From an uncultured Candidatus Saccharibacteria bacterium (lineage in GTDB: Bacteria > Patescibacteriota > Minisyncoccia > UBA6257 > Colwellbacteraceae), in contig CAYGEM010000001.1 of assembly GCA_964348915.1 (NCBI GenBank), forward strand, positions 79,396 to 126,381: DNA of 46,986 bases. Reading direction: 5' to 3'. The notes below the pieces were generated by a model. It made no database searches. It was given only the letters and a program-made list of their open reading frames with translations, and was not told the origin of the DNA. Position 1 is the first letter of the stretch; each line of letters begins with the position of its first letter. Below, piece by piece: positions 9,462 to 16,570 of this stretch. The position numbers and the translations under genes were made by a program.

Positions 9462-10217
9462 CTAAATTAAGAAAATTATAACGCCGAGAACGACCATCGC
9501 CAAGCCGCCGATGATTTTCATTCTGCGGCCGTTGTCTTTCCTCCATTTCTCGACCGCGTCAAGCAAAGTTTTCTTGGAGGAAACGAAAAGGACGACGAGG
9601 AGAGGCAAAGTGAAAATGATGTTGTATATCAAAAGGTAAACCACTCCCCGGCCATAGGTGGCCCGGTCGTGCAAAAGCCCAATGATTGATAAATAAGGGC
9701 CGCCAGTGCAGGGAAACTCGAAAATTCCCACCAAGACGCCGAGAATGAAAGCCGCGGCCACAGAACTCTTCTCAATAAGGGTGGCAATCTTTCGATGGGT
9801 GAATTCCGGAATTTTCAATTTGACCGGAAACTTCGGCCAGAAAACACTAATTAATTCTATAAATCCGACCGCGATAAGAATAATCGCGCCGATTTCCGCC
9901 ATCAAACCGGAAACGCCGAATAAACCGATAGCTTTGAGCAGTCCCAATCCGATTCCCAAATAAGCGACGAAGATTCCGAATACGTAAAATAATCCGATTT
10001 TCAAAATATCCCTTTTCATCGCTCCGGCGCTCAAAAGAAAAGCAATAGTAAGCAAAAGCACGGAAAAGGAGCAAGGATTGACGCAGTCGACGAGCGCGGC
10101 GGCGCAGACCACCGGCAACAAGCCGTCGGAATCGACCCGATTCCCAACGAAAACGGCAAGAACAGCCAAAATAGCGGCGGCCGCCAAGAAAATCAAAAAT
10201 AATTTTTTATTGCGCAT
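9462..10217 (-). CDS. CcdA/DsbD-family transmembrane thiol-electron transporter
   Basis: About 7 TM segments; DCVNPC and EFPCTGGPY cysteine motifs. Confidence 0.75.
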   Translation of the reverse strand: MRNKKLFLIFLAAAAILAVLAVFVGNRVDSDGLLPVVCAAALVDCVNPCSFSVLLLTIAFLLSAGAMKRDILKIGLFYVFGIFVAYLGIGLGLLKAIGLFGVSGLMAEIGAIILIAVGFIELISVFWPKFPVKLKIPEFTHRKIATLIEKSSVAAAFILGVLVGIFEFPCTGGPYLSIIGLLHDRATYGRGVVYLLIYNIIFTLPLLVVLFVSSKKTLLDAVEKWRKDNGRRMKIIGGLAMVVLGVIIFLI

Positions 10218-10219
10218 AA

Positions 10220-10292
10220 TGGGCTCGGGAGGAATCGAACCTCCGGCCTTTCCGATGTGAACGGAACGTTCTAACCGCTGAACTACGAGCCC
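10220..10292 (-). tRNA. tRNA-Val(CAC)
   Basis: GGGCTCG...CGAGCCC-A acceptor; TTCCG-TT CAC AT-CGGAA; GGTTCGATTCC. Confidence 0.95.
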
Positions 10293-10311
10293 TTTCGGCT
10301 AAATATAAACC

Positions 10312-10353
10312 AAAAAGGCGCGCCCTTCAATCAACCGGAGAAAACGCGCCTTT
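10312..10353 (-). terminator. possible terminator after rplL
   Basis: AAAGGCGCG...CGCGCCTTT inverted repeat followed by a T-run on the minus strand; large loop. Confidence 0.45.
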
Positions 10354-10365
10354 AAGGACAATGAA

Positions 10366-10731
10366 TTATTGTAATTCGACGGTCGCGCCGACTTCTTCGA
10401 ACCGTTTCTTAAGCTCTTCGGCCTCTTCTTTCTTCAATCCTTCCTTGACCACCTTCGGCGCCGCGTCAACGATGTCTTTCGCTTCTTTCAGGCCGAGGCC
10501 GGTAACCTCCTTGACGATTTTAATCACGTTGATTTTCTGGTCGCCGCTCGCTTTGATCAAAACATTGAAAGAGGTCTTTTCTTCGGGTTCGGCTCCTCCG
10601 CCAACTGCTCCGGCCGCGGCCGGCGCGGCGGCGGTAACGCCGAATTTTTCTTCCAACGCCTTAACGAGTTCGGCCAATTCAACCACGCTCAAGGTTTCTA
10701 TCTTTGAGATAATATCTTCAAATTTTTCCAT
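10366..10731 (-). CDS. rplL: 50S ribosomal protein L7/L12
   Basis: [31 protein letters not shown]. Confidence 0.98.
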   Translation of the reverse strand: MEKFEDIISKIETLSVVELAELVKALEEKFGVTAAAPAAAGAVGGGAEPEEKTSFNVLIKASGDQKINVIKIVKEVTGLGLKEAKDIVDAAPKVVKEGLKKEEAEELKKRFEEVGATVELQ

Positions 10732-10746
10732 GTTTATCTTCTTTAT

Positions 10747-11226
10747 TTAAGCTACCTGCTTCGACCTTTCTTTTAGGACATAGAGGAACGCGCTCAAAGG
10801 AGCGGCAATAGTACCGACCACTTGAGCGAGAAGAACTTCGCGAGACGGCAATCTGCCGAGCATAATCACCTCTTCCCCTGGAAAAAATCTTTTTTCAACC
10901 AGGTCCCAGCCGCCGAGTATTTTTATTTCCTTGTTTTTTACGAGGAGCGCGGCAACCGGCTGTATCTCTTCGGGAGAAAAAACCGTGGCCGCCTGGCCCT
11001 CGAATGATTCGGGATTGAAATCCGCTCCGGCTTTTTCAAGGGCAATCCGCAAAAGTTTCTTCTTGATTACTTCAACCAGGCCTCCTTCTTTGCGGATTTT
11101 CCCTCTTATTTCGTTCAGCTTATTGGCCTTACTGCCGGAAAAATCAAAAAAAACCAGGGTTTTATTTTCGCCGATTCGCTTCAGTCCCTTTTCGATTATC
11201 TGTTCTTTTTCTTTGCGCGTAAGCAT
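10747..11226 (-). CDS. rplJ: 50S ribosomal protein L10
   Basis: VIKKKLLRIA, LPSREVLLAQVVG; upstream of rplL. Confidence 0.93.
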   Translation of the reverse strand: MLTRKEKEQIIEKGLKRIGENKTLVFFDFSGSKANKLNEIRGKIRKEGGLVEVIKKKLLRIALEKAGADFNPESFEGQAATVFSPEEIQPVAALLVKNKEIKILGGWDLVEKRFFPGEEVIMLGRLPSREVLLAQVVGTIAAPLSAFLYVLKERSKQVA

Positions 11227-11229
11227 AAT

Positions 11230-11316
11230 AAAAAAACCGCGTTGTCCGCAGCTTATAAAGCCATATCGACCCTCGGCAGGAAATTAAGCTCTGATGGCGC
11301 CTGCTGTCTGCGGATT
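11230..11316 (-). ncRNA. L10 leader (ribosomal protein autoregulatory element)
   Basis: Minus strand AGACAGCAGG...CTTAATTTCCTGCCGAGG matches the L10-leader pattern, directly upstream of rplJ. Confidence 0.8.
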
Positions 11317-11352
11317 GAATAAAGTATAACGCGAGGAGGGCAAAAGTCAAAC

Positions 11353-11410
11353 ACTACGCGACTTATAACTGGGGTCATCGGTCGTTGGTCGTTAGTCGTA
11401 AGTCGTTAGT
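11353..11410. repeat. second 7-nt-period repeat element (GGTCGTT GGTCGTT AGTCGTA AGTCGTT)
   Basis: Shares ACTTATAAC and AGTCGTAAGTC with 4364-4437. Confidence 0.6.
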
Positions 11411-12023
11411 TGGTGACAAGCGGCACGAAGACAAAACCCGGATATTTCTTTGCCTTGAATTCGTCTTCCTTGATTTTATCAATCACCACAATTTCGTTTT
11501 CAACCGGCGCGACAATGCGGCCGCCAACTTTTAACTCCTCTTTCCACGCTTCGGGAATTTCTTCGCCGGCGGCCGCGGCGATAATTTTGTCGAATTCCAT
11601 TCCTGCGATTCTTCTCGAGCCGTCAGCCAATCTTATCTCGACTATTCCCTTTCCAATAAAATTATATTTGGCGATATTTTTCTTTGCCATATCCGCTAAT
11701 CCCGGAATGCGCTCGATGGCGATGACTTTCCCCTTTTCTCCGACGCAATAAGCGAGCAGAGCCGTCTGCCAGCCGCTACCCGCGCCGACATCAAGAATTA
11801 TTTCTCCTTTTTCCGGTTGAAGCTCTTCGAGCATAAAAGCCACGGTAAGGGGCTGGGAAATCGTCTGGTCGAATCCGATAGGTAAAGCCGTATCCTCATA
11901 GGCCAGCTTTTTATATTCCGGGAGCACGAAATCTTTCCGGTCGATTTTCCGAAACGCCTCGATAATGAGAGGAGTTTTTAAAAAACCCAAAGAGACAAGA
12001 GACGATATTAAAAATTCACTCAT
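11406..12023 (-). CDS. pcm: protein-L-isoaspartate O-methyltransferase
   Basis: AYEDTALPIGFDQTISQP, LDVGAGSGW, GGRIVAPV, FVFVPL. Confidence 0.93.
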   Translation of the reverse strand: MSEFLISSLVSLGFLKTPLIIEAFRKIDRKDFVLPEYKKLAYEDTALPIGFDQTISQPLTVAFMLEELQPEKGEIILDVGAGSGWQTALLAYCVGEKGKVIAIERIPGLADMAKKNIAKYNFIGKGIVEIRLADGSRRIAGMEFDKIIAAAAGEEIPEAWKEELKVGGRIVAPVENEIVVIDKIKEDEFKAKKYPGFVFVPLVTN

Positions 12024-12025
12024 AT

Positions 12026-12054
12026 TTGACGATTAAATTATATTACAGTATCTT
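12026..12054 (+). promoter_or_regulatory. sigma70-like promoter
   Basis: TTGACG (12026-31)-17 nt-TATCTT (12049-54). Confidence 0.6.
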
Positions 12055-12078
12055 AAAATCAAGAAAGGAGGTGGGTCT

Positions 12079-12222
12079 TTGAAGAGGAGGAGAGAAAGGA
12101 GCGGAACGCCCCGAGCGCCCCGAGGGGCGCTCCCGAAACCCCCGGACAGGGACCGGTCCAATGGGACGATCTGTCCCAACGGACCCGAACGTGTTTCACC
12201 GAGGAAAAAGAAGAAGAGGTAA
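12079..12222 (+). CDS. small basic protein, 47 aa (MKRRRERSGTPRAPRGALPKPPDRDRSNGTICPNGPERVSPRKKKKR), or a structured RNA
   Basis: AAGGAGGTG SD at 12065-73, TTG start, TAA at 12220-22, promoter and terminator; below the ORF-track size cutoff. Confidence 0.5.
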   Translation: MKRRRERSGTPRAPRGALPKPPDRDRSNGTICPNGPERVSPRKKKKR

Positions 12223-12268
12223 TCTCTTCTGTCCTCTACCCTCGGTTCGATAGAAGGGAGGTGATAAC

Positions 12269-12296
12269 ACCCGCACGCAAGATGTGCGGGTTTTTA
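12269..12296 (+). terminator. intrinsic terminator
   Basis: ACCCGCAC-GCAAGAT-GTGCGGGT followed by TTTT. Confidence 0.75.
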
Positions 12297-12464
12297 TTTC
12301 TTTGTTTCCTTATGCAGAATACTCTTCCGGCAGAATTTGCAGAACTTCTTCAGTTCAATCTTGCGTTCCACCTTCTTTTTGTTCTTGCGGGTATAATAAT
12401 TTATCCGCTTACAAACGGAGCATCTCAAGCGGATAAGATTTTCGGAAAATTTCGATTTAGCCAT
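12294..12464 (-). CDS. rpmG: 50S ribosomal protein L33 (Zn-ribbon type)
   Basis: Translated by hand: MAKSKFSENLIRLRCSVCKRINYYTRKNKKKVERKIELKKFCKFCRKSILHKETKK; not in ORF track. Confidence 0.95.
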   Translation of the reverse strand: MAKSKFSENLIRLRCSVCKRINYYTRKNKKKVERKIELKKFCKFCRKSILHKETKK

Positions 12465-12506
12465 ACTCTGTAAATTTAATCGCTATCTTGCCAAAAGGCA
12501 AGATTT

Positions 12507-12582
12507 TGGAGCCCACGCGCAGATTTGCACTGCGGACCTCATTCTTACCAAGAATGCGCTCTGCTACCTGAGCTACGTGGGC
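12507..12582 (-). tRNA. tRNA-Thr(GGT)
   Basis: GCCCACG...CGTGGGC-T-CCA; CATTC-TT GGT AA-GAATG; atypical T-loop TGCAAAT. Confidence 0.9.
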
Positions 12583-12680
12583 AATGCAGAAATTTTAAAA
12601 TGAAAATTGAAAAATGTAAAACGAGGTTTTCTTCCCCAAAATTTACTTTTTATTCCGATGCTCTAAAATTTTGCTGTTAA

Positions 12681-12752
12681 AGCCAGCGGTCGGATTTGAA
12701 CCGACGACCTACTGTTTACAAAACAGTTGCTCTGCCGCTGAGCTACGCTGGC
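12681..12752 (-). tRNA. tRNA-Thr(TGT)
   Basis: GCCAGCG...CGCTGGC-T; ACTGT-TT TGT AA-ACAGT; GGTTCAAATCC. Confidence 0.95.
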
Positions 12753-12771
12753 AAAATCTCGAAAGACGACT

Positions 12772-12829
12772 CTCTGCTTCGACCTCACGTCGAAGTCCGA
12801 CTTTGGTCGGACCGCTGAGCTAAGGTGGC
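12772..12829 (-). pseudogene. tRNA-Thr-like 5' fragment with two hairpins inserted in the D-loop
   Basis: GCCACCTTAGCTCAGCGG[TCCGACCAAAGTCGGA CTTCGACGTGAGGTCGAAG]CAGAG versus intact GCCAGCGTAGCTCAGCGGCAGAG. Confidence 0.7.
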
Positions 12830-13033
12830 GACCTATTCAATTTAGGCCTTAAGGCCGAAAATGTAAAACTTCTTGTCACTGTGTGCCCTTTGTTTGAAAA
12901 TGCGCGAACCTTTTTCGCCTGCCCGCCAAAGCCCGAAGGGCGACGGAGGGAACGAAACTGACTGATTGCCGCGCTTCGCGCGGCAGAACCGAAACTGAAC
13001 GCTCGGGCGAGCAAAAATCGGAAAGTTTAATCT

Positions 13034-13247
13034 TGGTGCGCAGAGGAGGATTCGAACCTCCGTAGCCCGTAGGGCGTCCCGACCTACCTTTTATTAAATC
13101 CATAGTGCGCAGGGCAGGATTCGAACCTGCGTAGCCCATAGGGCGTCAGATTTACAGTCTGATGCGATTGGCCGCTCCGCCACCTGCGCACTATAGATTT
13201 AATTTAAAAGAATATCGGGATGCAATTGACCACTCTGCCATCTGCGC
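13034..13247 (-). pseudogene. outer tRNA-Tyr-like gene (5' half 13215-13247, 3' half 13034-13082 with CCA) interrupted in the anticodon arm by a 132-nt insert
   Basis: GCGCAGA TG GCAGAGTGGTCAATTGC A TCCCGA [insert] TCGGGA CGCCCTACGGGCTAC GGAGG TTCGAAT CCTCC TCTGCGC A CCA. Confidence 0.8.
13106..13189 (-). tRNA. tRNA-Tyr(GTA), intact, nested inside the outer tRNA-Tyr-like gene
   Basis: GCGCAGG...CCTGCGC-A; TCAGA-CT GTA AA-TCTGA; long variable arm; GGTTCGAATCC. Confidence 0.93.
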
Positions 13248-13278
13248 TCGTTATGATTTTATATCCTATCCGCGAAAA

Positions 13279-13360
13279 CGCCATAGAGGCGCCCCGACCT
13301 GCTGTCGGGATGACAATTGACCGCTTTATCCCGCCAAAGGCGGCGATCTGCCATCTGCGC
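13279..13360 (-). pseudogene. third tRNA-Tyr-like fragment (5' two-thirds) with palindromic insertions
   Basis: GCGCAGATGGCAGA[..CCGCCTTTGGCGG..]GCGGTCAATTG..TCCCGAC AGCAG GTCGGGG CGCC..; no T-arm or 3' acceptor strand. Confidence 0.7.
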
Positions 13361-13369
13361 GAACCGCAG

Positions 13370-13413
13370 TTATTAAATTAGACCAAATTAACGGAAAAAT
13401 CCAGTAAAAAATG
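13370..13413. repeat. 44-bp direct repeat, left copy
   Basis: TTATTAAATTAGACCAAATTAACGGAAAAATCCAGTAAAAAATG identical to 17414-17457. Confidence 0.95.
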
Positions 13414-13507
13414 CGGGATACAATTAAAAACAATTTATAAAGCCGAAGAAGGTTGGGATCTTTATTGTGAAAAATGTTATAAACAGGAAATTTATTGATA
13501 GAATTTT

Positions 13508-14614
13508 TTATTTCATCAATAAACAATGATTTATTCTAGACAATGCCACTTTTTCAATAATAAAATCTTTATTAAAATCTTTTAATAAATCTAATCCTTT
13601 TTTAGGATATTTGGTTATAACCACAATCATCGGACCATTTGAAGAAACAAAAAAACAATTTTCCTCAATTTTTAACGAACCGAAAAGTTTTGAGAAAATA
13701 TTGAATATAAACGAATCAAAAAGTAGGCCGTGCGACATCCAGCGAAATTTGAAATACTGAGGAATGTCACCATACGCACCAATGGTATACATGTTAATTG
13801 CTTTAAATAAAACTGAATAATCTTTTTTATTAATTGCTGGCACAATCCTTTCTTTCAATAAGTTTTCCTTGATGTCTCCCCAATCTTTGTCTATATTTTT
13901 GAGTCGTACTAATTCTTTTTTATTAAGTTCAATATCTTGAACCTTACTAATGGGTTTTATCTTTTTAGGATAAAGCAATATCACACAATATTCTTTAGGC
14001 AATTGATCCACGCACCATACATCAGACTCCCCTCCCATAATTACTAATGACTTACCCGATAGTGCTATGGCAGTAGATCCCCCAATACTTGCCGCGGGTG
14101 AAAGAAAATCTTTTTTACTGCTTTCTTCTCCATAATTTTGGGAAATCAGTTTGGTAATCTGCTCAACAGATAATGGCTTGCTCATTAAGATATTAATAGC
14201 CCCAGCGACTGCCGACATAATAGCCGATGAAGAACCTAATCCGCCATGGGAAATTCCGTGTAAATTCTTAGCCTTAACATCAAAGCCTATTTCTATTTTA
14301 AGGGTCTTTTGCATTATTTTTATTACATGCTCAATAATGGCTTTATGACTAATGGAAGAATTAATTACATTATTTTTATCATCTCTTATCGCCACAGTTA
14401 CTTCTGTGAATTTATTTATCGCAAAATTTATAGAATTTACCGGGTATATTTGTGTTTTTGGAGGATTAACGAAAAAATTATGATGGCAAAGAAAAGTGTT
14501 AACTCTTGCAGGAACAATAATCTTACAACTTTTTTCCTTAACCGAAACTTTGCCAATTTTTACATTCAGCGGATTTGAAAGGTGGCCGATTTTGTAATAA
14601 TTTTTCTTATTCAT
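13508..14614 (-). CDS. GHMP-kinase superfamily protein, beta-RFAP synthase / C-glycoside synthase-like
   Basis: VPARVN (cf. PSRLH), HGGLGSSSAIMSAV (GHMP motif II), VIMGG, C-terminal VSSNGP (cf. SSWGP of RFAP synthases); start may be 14614 or 14626. Confidence 0.7.
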   Translation of the reverse strand: MNKKNYYKIGHLSNPLNVKIGKVSVKEKSCKIIVPARVNTFLCHHNFFVNPPKTQIYPVNSINFAINKFTEVTVAIRDDKNNVINSSISHKAIIEHVIKIMQKTLKIEIGFDVKAKNLHGISHGGLGSSSAIMSAVAGAINILMSKPLSVEQITKLISQNYGEESSKKDFLSPAASIGGSTAIALSGKSLVIMGGESDVWCVDQLPKEYCVILLYPKKIKPISKVQDIELNKKELVRLKNIDKDWGDIKENLLKERIVPAINKKDYSVLFKAINMYTIGAYGDIPQYFKFRWMSHGLLFDSFIFNIFSKLFGSLKIEENCFFVSSNGPMIVVITKYPKKGLDLLKDFNKDFIIEKVALSRINHCLLMK

Positions 14615-14616
14615 AC

Positions 14617-15879
14617 TTAATTGCACGATTTTAAATTACTAACAAGCTTATTAATATTTTTATAACTATGGTCTTTTCTTGTGATTATCTTAAATATTTC
14701 TTTTTCTATACCACTTATTTTAACCATTGAGGAACTTATCGCATAAGATTTTAATACCTTGCGAATTTTTTCTTCCTTATCTTTGCTCGTATTAGTGAGA
14801 TAAAAGACAATATAATTCAGTGTCGAGTCATAGAGTAATTTTATAGAACTATTAGTGGATATTGCTTTAGCTAAGAATCGCGCTTTTTCTATAGCATTTA
14901 AGATATCTTTTTTAATATCAGAAGCATCGTTAATTGATAATATACTATACATTGCGATAACATCTGCACCCTTTCTACTGCCGCTTAAAGTTTGATCGGC
15001 GCTATCAGACAAGTATGGTGCATGAGTGATAACATGCTCCTCCAGCCCAGGACGAAAGATTATAGCTCCTGATGCGACTGGCCCTCCTATGGTTTTACTA
15101 AAATCAACACTAATTGAATACAGAGATTTGATGGAAAATACATCTTTGGATTCTTCTAGAAATGGAAGTAAAAACCCTGAAAAAGCCGCATCGACGTGAA
15201 AAAAGATATTGTTGAACTTTGAATCAATAATAAATTTATCGATTTCTTTAACGGGGTCAATCGCACCGCATTCCGTAGTCATAACCGTAAGAGGTAGAAT
15301 TATAGGATCATTGCTATTGTCCCTAATTTTCTTAATATGTTCTGCTATTTCCTCGTAGCTTGCTTCACCCAGCGAATCTGTTTTTATATCAATAATTTCA
15401 TTATTGCCACTGTCATAAACACCCAATAACCTCAATGCTTTTGCAATTGAGTAGTGGGCGTTATCGGGGATAATCCAATAATTTTTATTACCTTTTAATT
15501 CCCATGCCCATTCTCTTGCAATCCACATCGCATAAATATTAGCTTCCGTTGCTCCACTAGTGACATATCCCGAAAATGTCGAAAATGGCAGGTTGAGAAT
15601 TTGGACAATCCTCTGTAATAATTTCTTTTCCAAATATCTTGTGAAATTGAATGTTCCGCTATCAGATATTTTCATATCTTCGCTGGCTGAAATTCCTTTT
15701 GCGTGCAATAGAATATTATTATAGTTGTATCTGCCGAACCAAAAGGGGAAAAATCGTGCGCTGAATCTTAACGGGGTCCATGGCCTGCCAAAAACCATGC
15801 CTCCGCGCAGCCGGGAATCATAACAACTTTTAATAGTTAAAAAATTAAGAGTTTTAAAAAATTTGATTATTTTCTTCAC
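14617..15879 (-). CDS. group II PLP-dependent amino-acid decarboxylase (MfnA/histidine decarboxylase-like)
   Basis: GYVTSGATEAN, AHYSIAKA, GAIDP, FHVDAAFSGFLLPF, SISVDFSK (PLP Lys), TLSGSRKG. Confidence 0.85.
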   Translation of the reverse strand: MKKIIKFFKTLNFLTIKSCYDSRLRGGMVFGRPWTPLRFSARFFPFWFGRYNYNNILLHAKGISASEDMKISDSGTFNFTRYLEKKLLQRIVQILNLPFSTFSGYVTSGATEANIYAMWIAREWAWELKGNKNYWIIPDNAHYSIAKALRLLGVYDSGNNEIIDIKTDSLGEASYEEIAEHIKKIRDNSNDPIILPLTVMTTECGAIDPVKEIDKFIIDSKFNNIFFHVDAAFSGFLLPFLEESKDVFSIKSLYSISVDFSKTIGGPVASGAIIFRPGLEEHVITHAPYLSDSADQTLSGSRKGADVIAMYSILSINDASDIKKDILNAIEKARFLAKAISTNSSIKLLYDSTLNYIVFYLTNTSKDKEEKIRKVLKSYAISSSMVKISGIEKEIFKIITRKDHSYKNINKLVSNLKSCN

Positions 15880-15883
15880 GGAT

Positions 15884-16564
15884 TTATTTACTTATTTTTT
15901 TAAATCCTTTTTCTTCCATTAATTTATCGATTTGAGAAATAGTATCCTGTGGCACTCCATGAACAGGAACTATCTGACTAATCTTCATTAAAGCGGATGC
16001 TTGAATAATCTGTTCTTTTTCAGTTTCGGCACCTTCTAATCGAACCCGCCGATCTTCATCATTATTTAATCCACGTTGAATTAATTGTGCTTCCAATTCT
16101 TGTCTGCCTAACGGAAGCATTCCTATTACCGTGCTTTCGGGTAACAAATGACTTACATCGCTGACTAAATTTGAAGCTGGTGCTTCAACTACGATATTAT
16201 TTCCCTCAACTGCAATAGTAAATATGATATCCAAATTATAACCATAGGCGTTACCATAATTACGGGCAGGCAAAAATATCTTATCTTCTGCTTTCCTCCT
16301 GGTAAATTCCTCTTGAATTAAAGAAACTCCTCCAATTTCATCTTCACCAGGTCTTAATGGGCGAGTAGTTAAAAAAGGTGGCTCAACAAAGCCATAATTT
16401 TCAACAAGGTGTTTTATTACCATTGTTTTACCACTTCCACTTGGTCCTGATATGACAACGAATTGTTTACTCCTTTCCCCTACTTCTCTCAATTTTTCCC
16501 TCTCCGGATTCATATCCTTTTCTTGGTTTGCATCAAATGGATTAGTTTCGCCTGGATTATTCAT
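15884..16564 (-). CDS. guanylate kinase-like (Gmk/PhnN fold) kinase
   Basis: ISGPSGSGKT, TTRPLRPGE, YGNAYG, LIQRG. Confidence 0.8.
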   Translation of the reverse strand: MNNPGETNPFDANQEKDMNPEREKLREVGERSKQFVVISGPSGSGKTMVIKHLVENYGFVEPPFLTTRPLRPGEDEIGGVSLIQEEFTRRKAEDKIFLPARNYGNAYGYNLDIIFTIAVEGNNIVVEAPASNLVSDVSHLLPESTVIGMLPLGRQELEAQLIQRGLNNDEDRRVRLEGAETEKEQIIQASALMKISQIVPVHGVPQDTISQIDKLMEEKGFKKISK

Positions 16565-16570
16565 ATAGTT

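Noticed and set aside
13083..13214. Group I/II intron or archaeal BHB intron in the outer tRNA-Tyr
   Set aside because: The insert is 132 nt and almost entirely a tRNA plus stem; no ribozyme core or clear bulge-helix-bulge motif visible
12820..13526. ORFs 12820-13014, 12876-13139 and 13326-13526
   Set aside because: They run through tRNA sequences, hairpins and the direct repeat; no protein-like features
13508..15879. Methanofuran/methanopterin or archaeal CoA pathway assignment
   Set aside because: MfnA-like and GHMP genes fit superficially, but partner genes (other mfn/mpt genes, phosphopantothenate synthetase) are absent from the window
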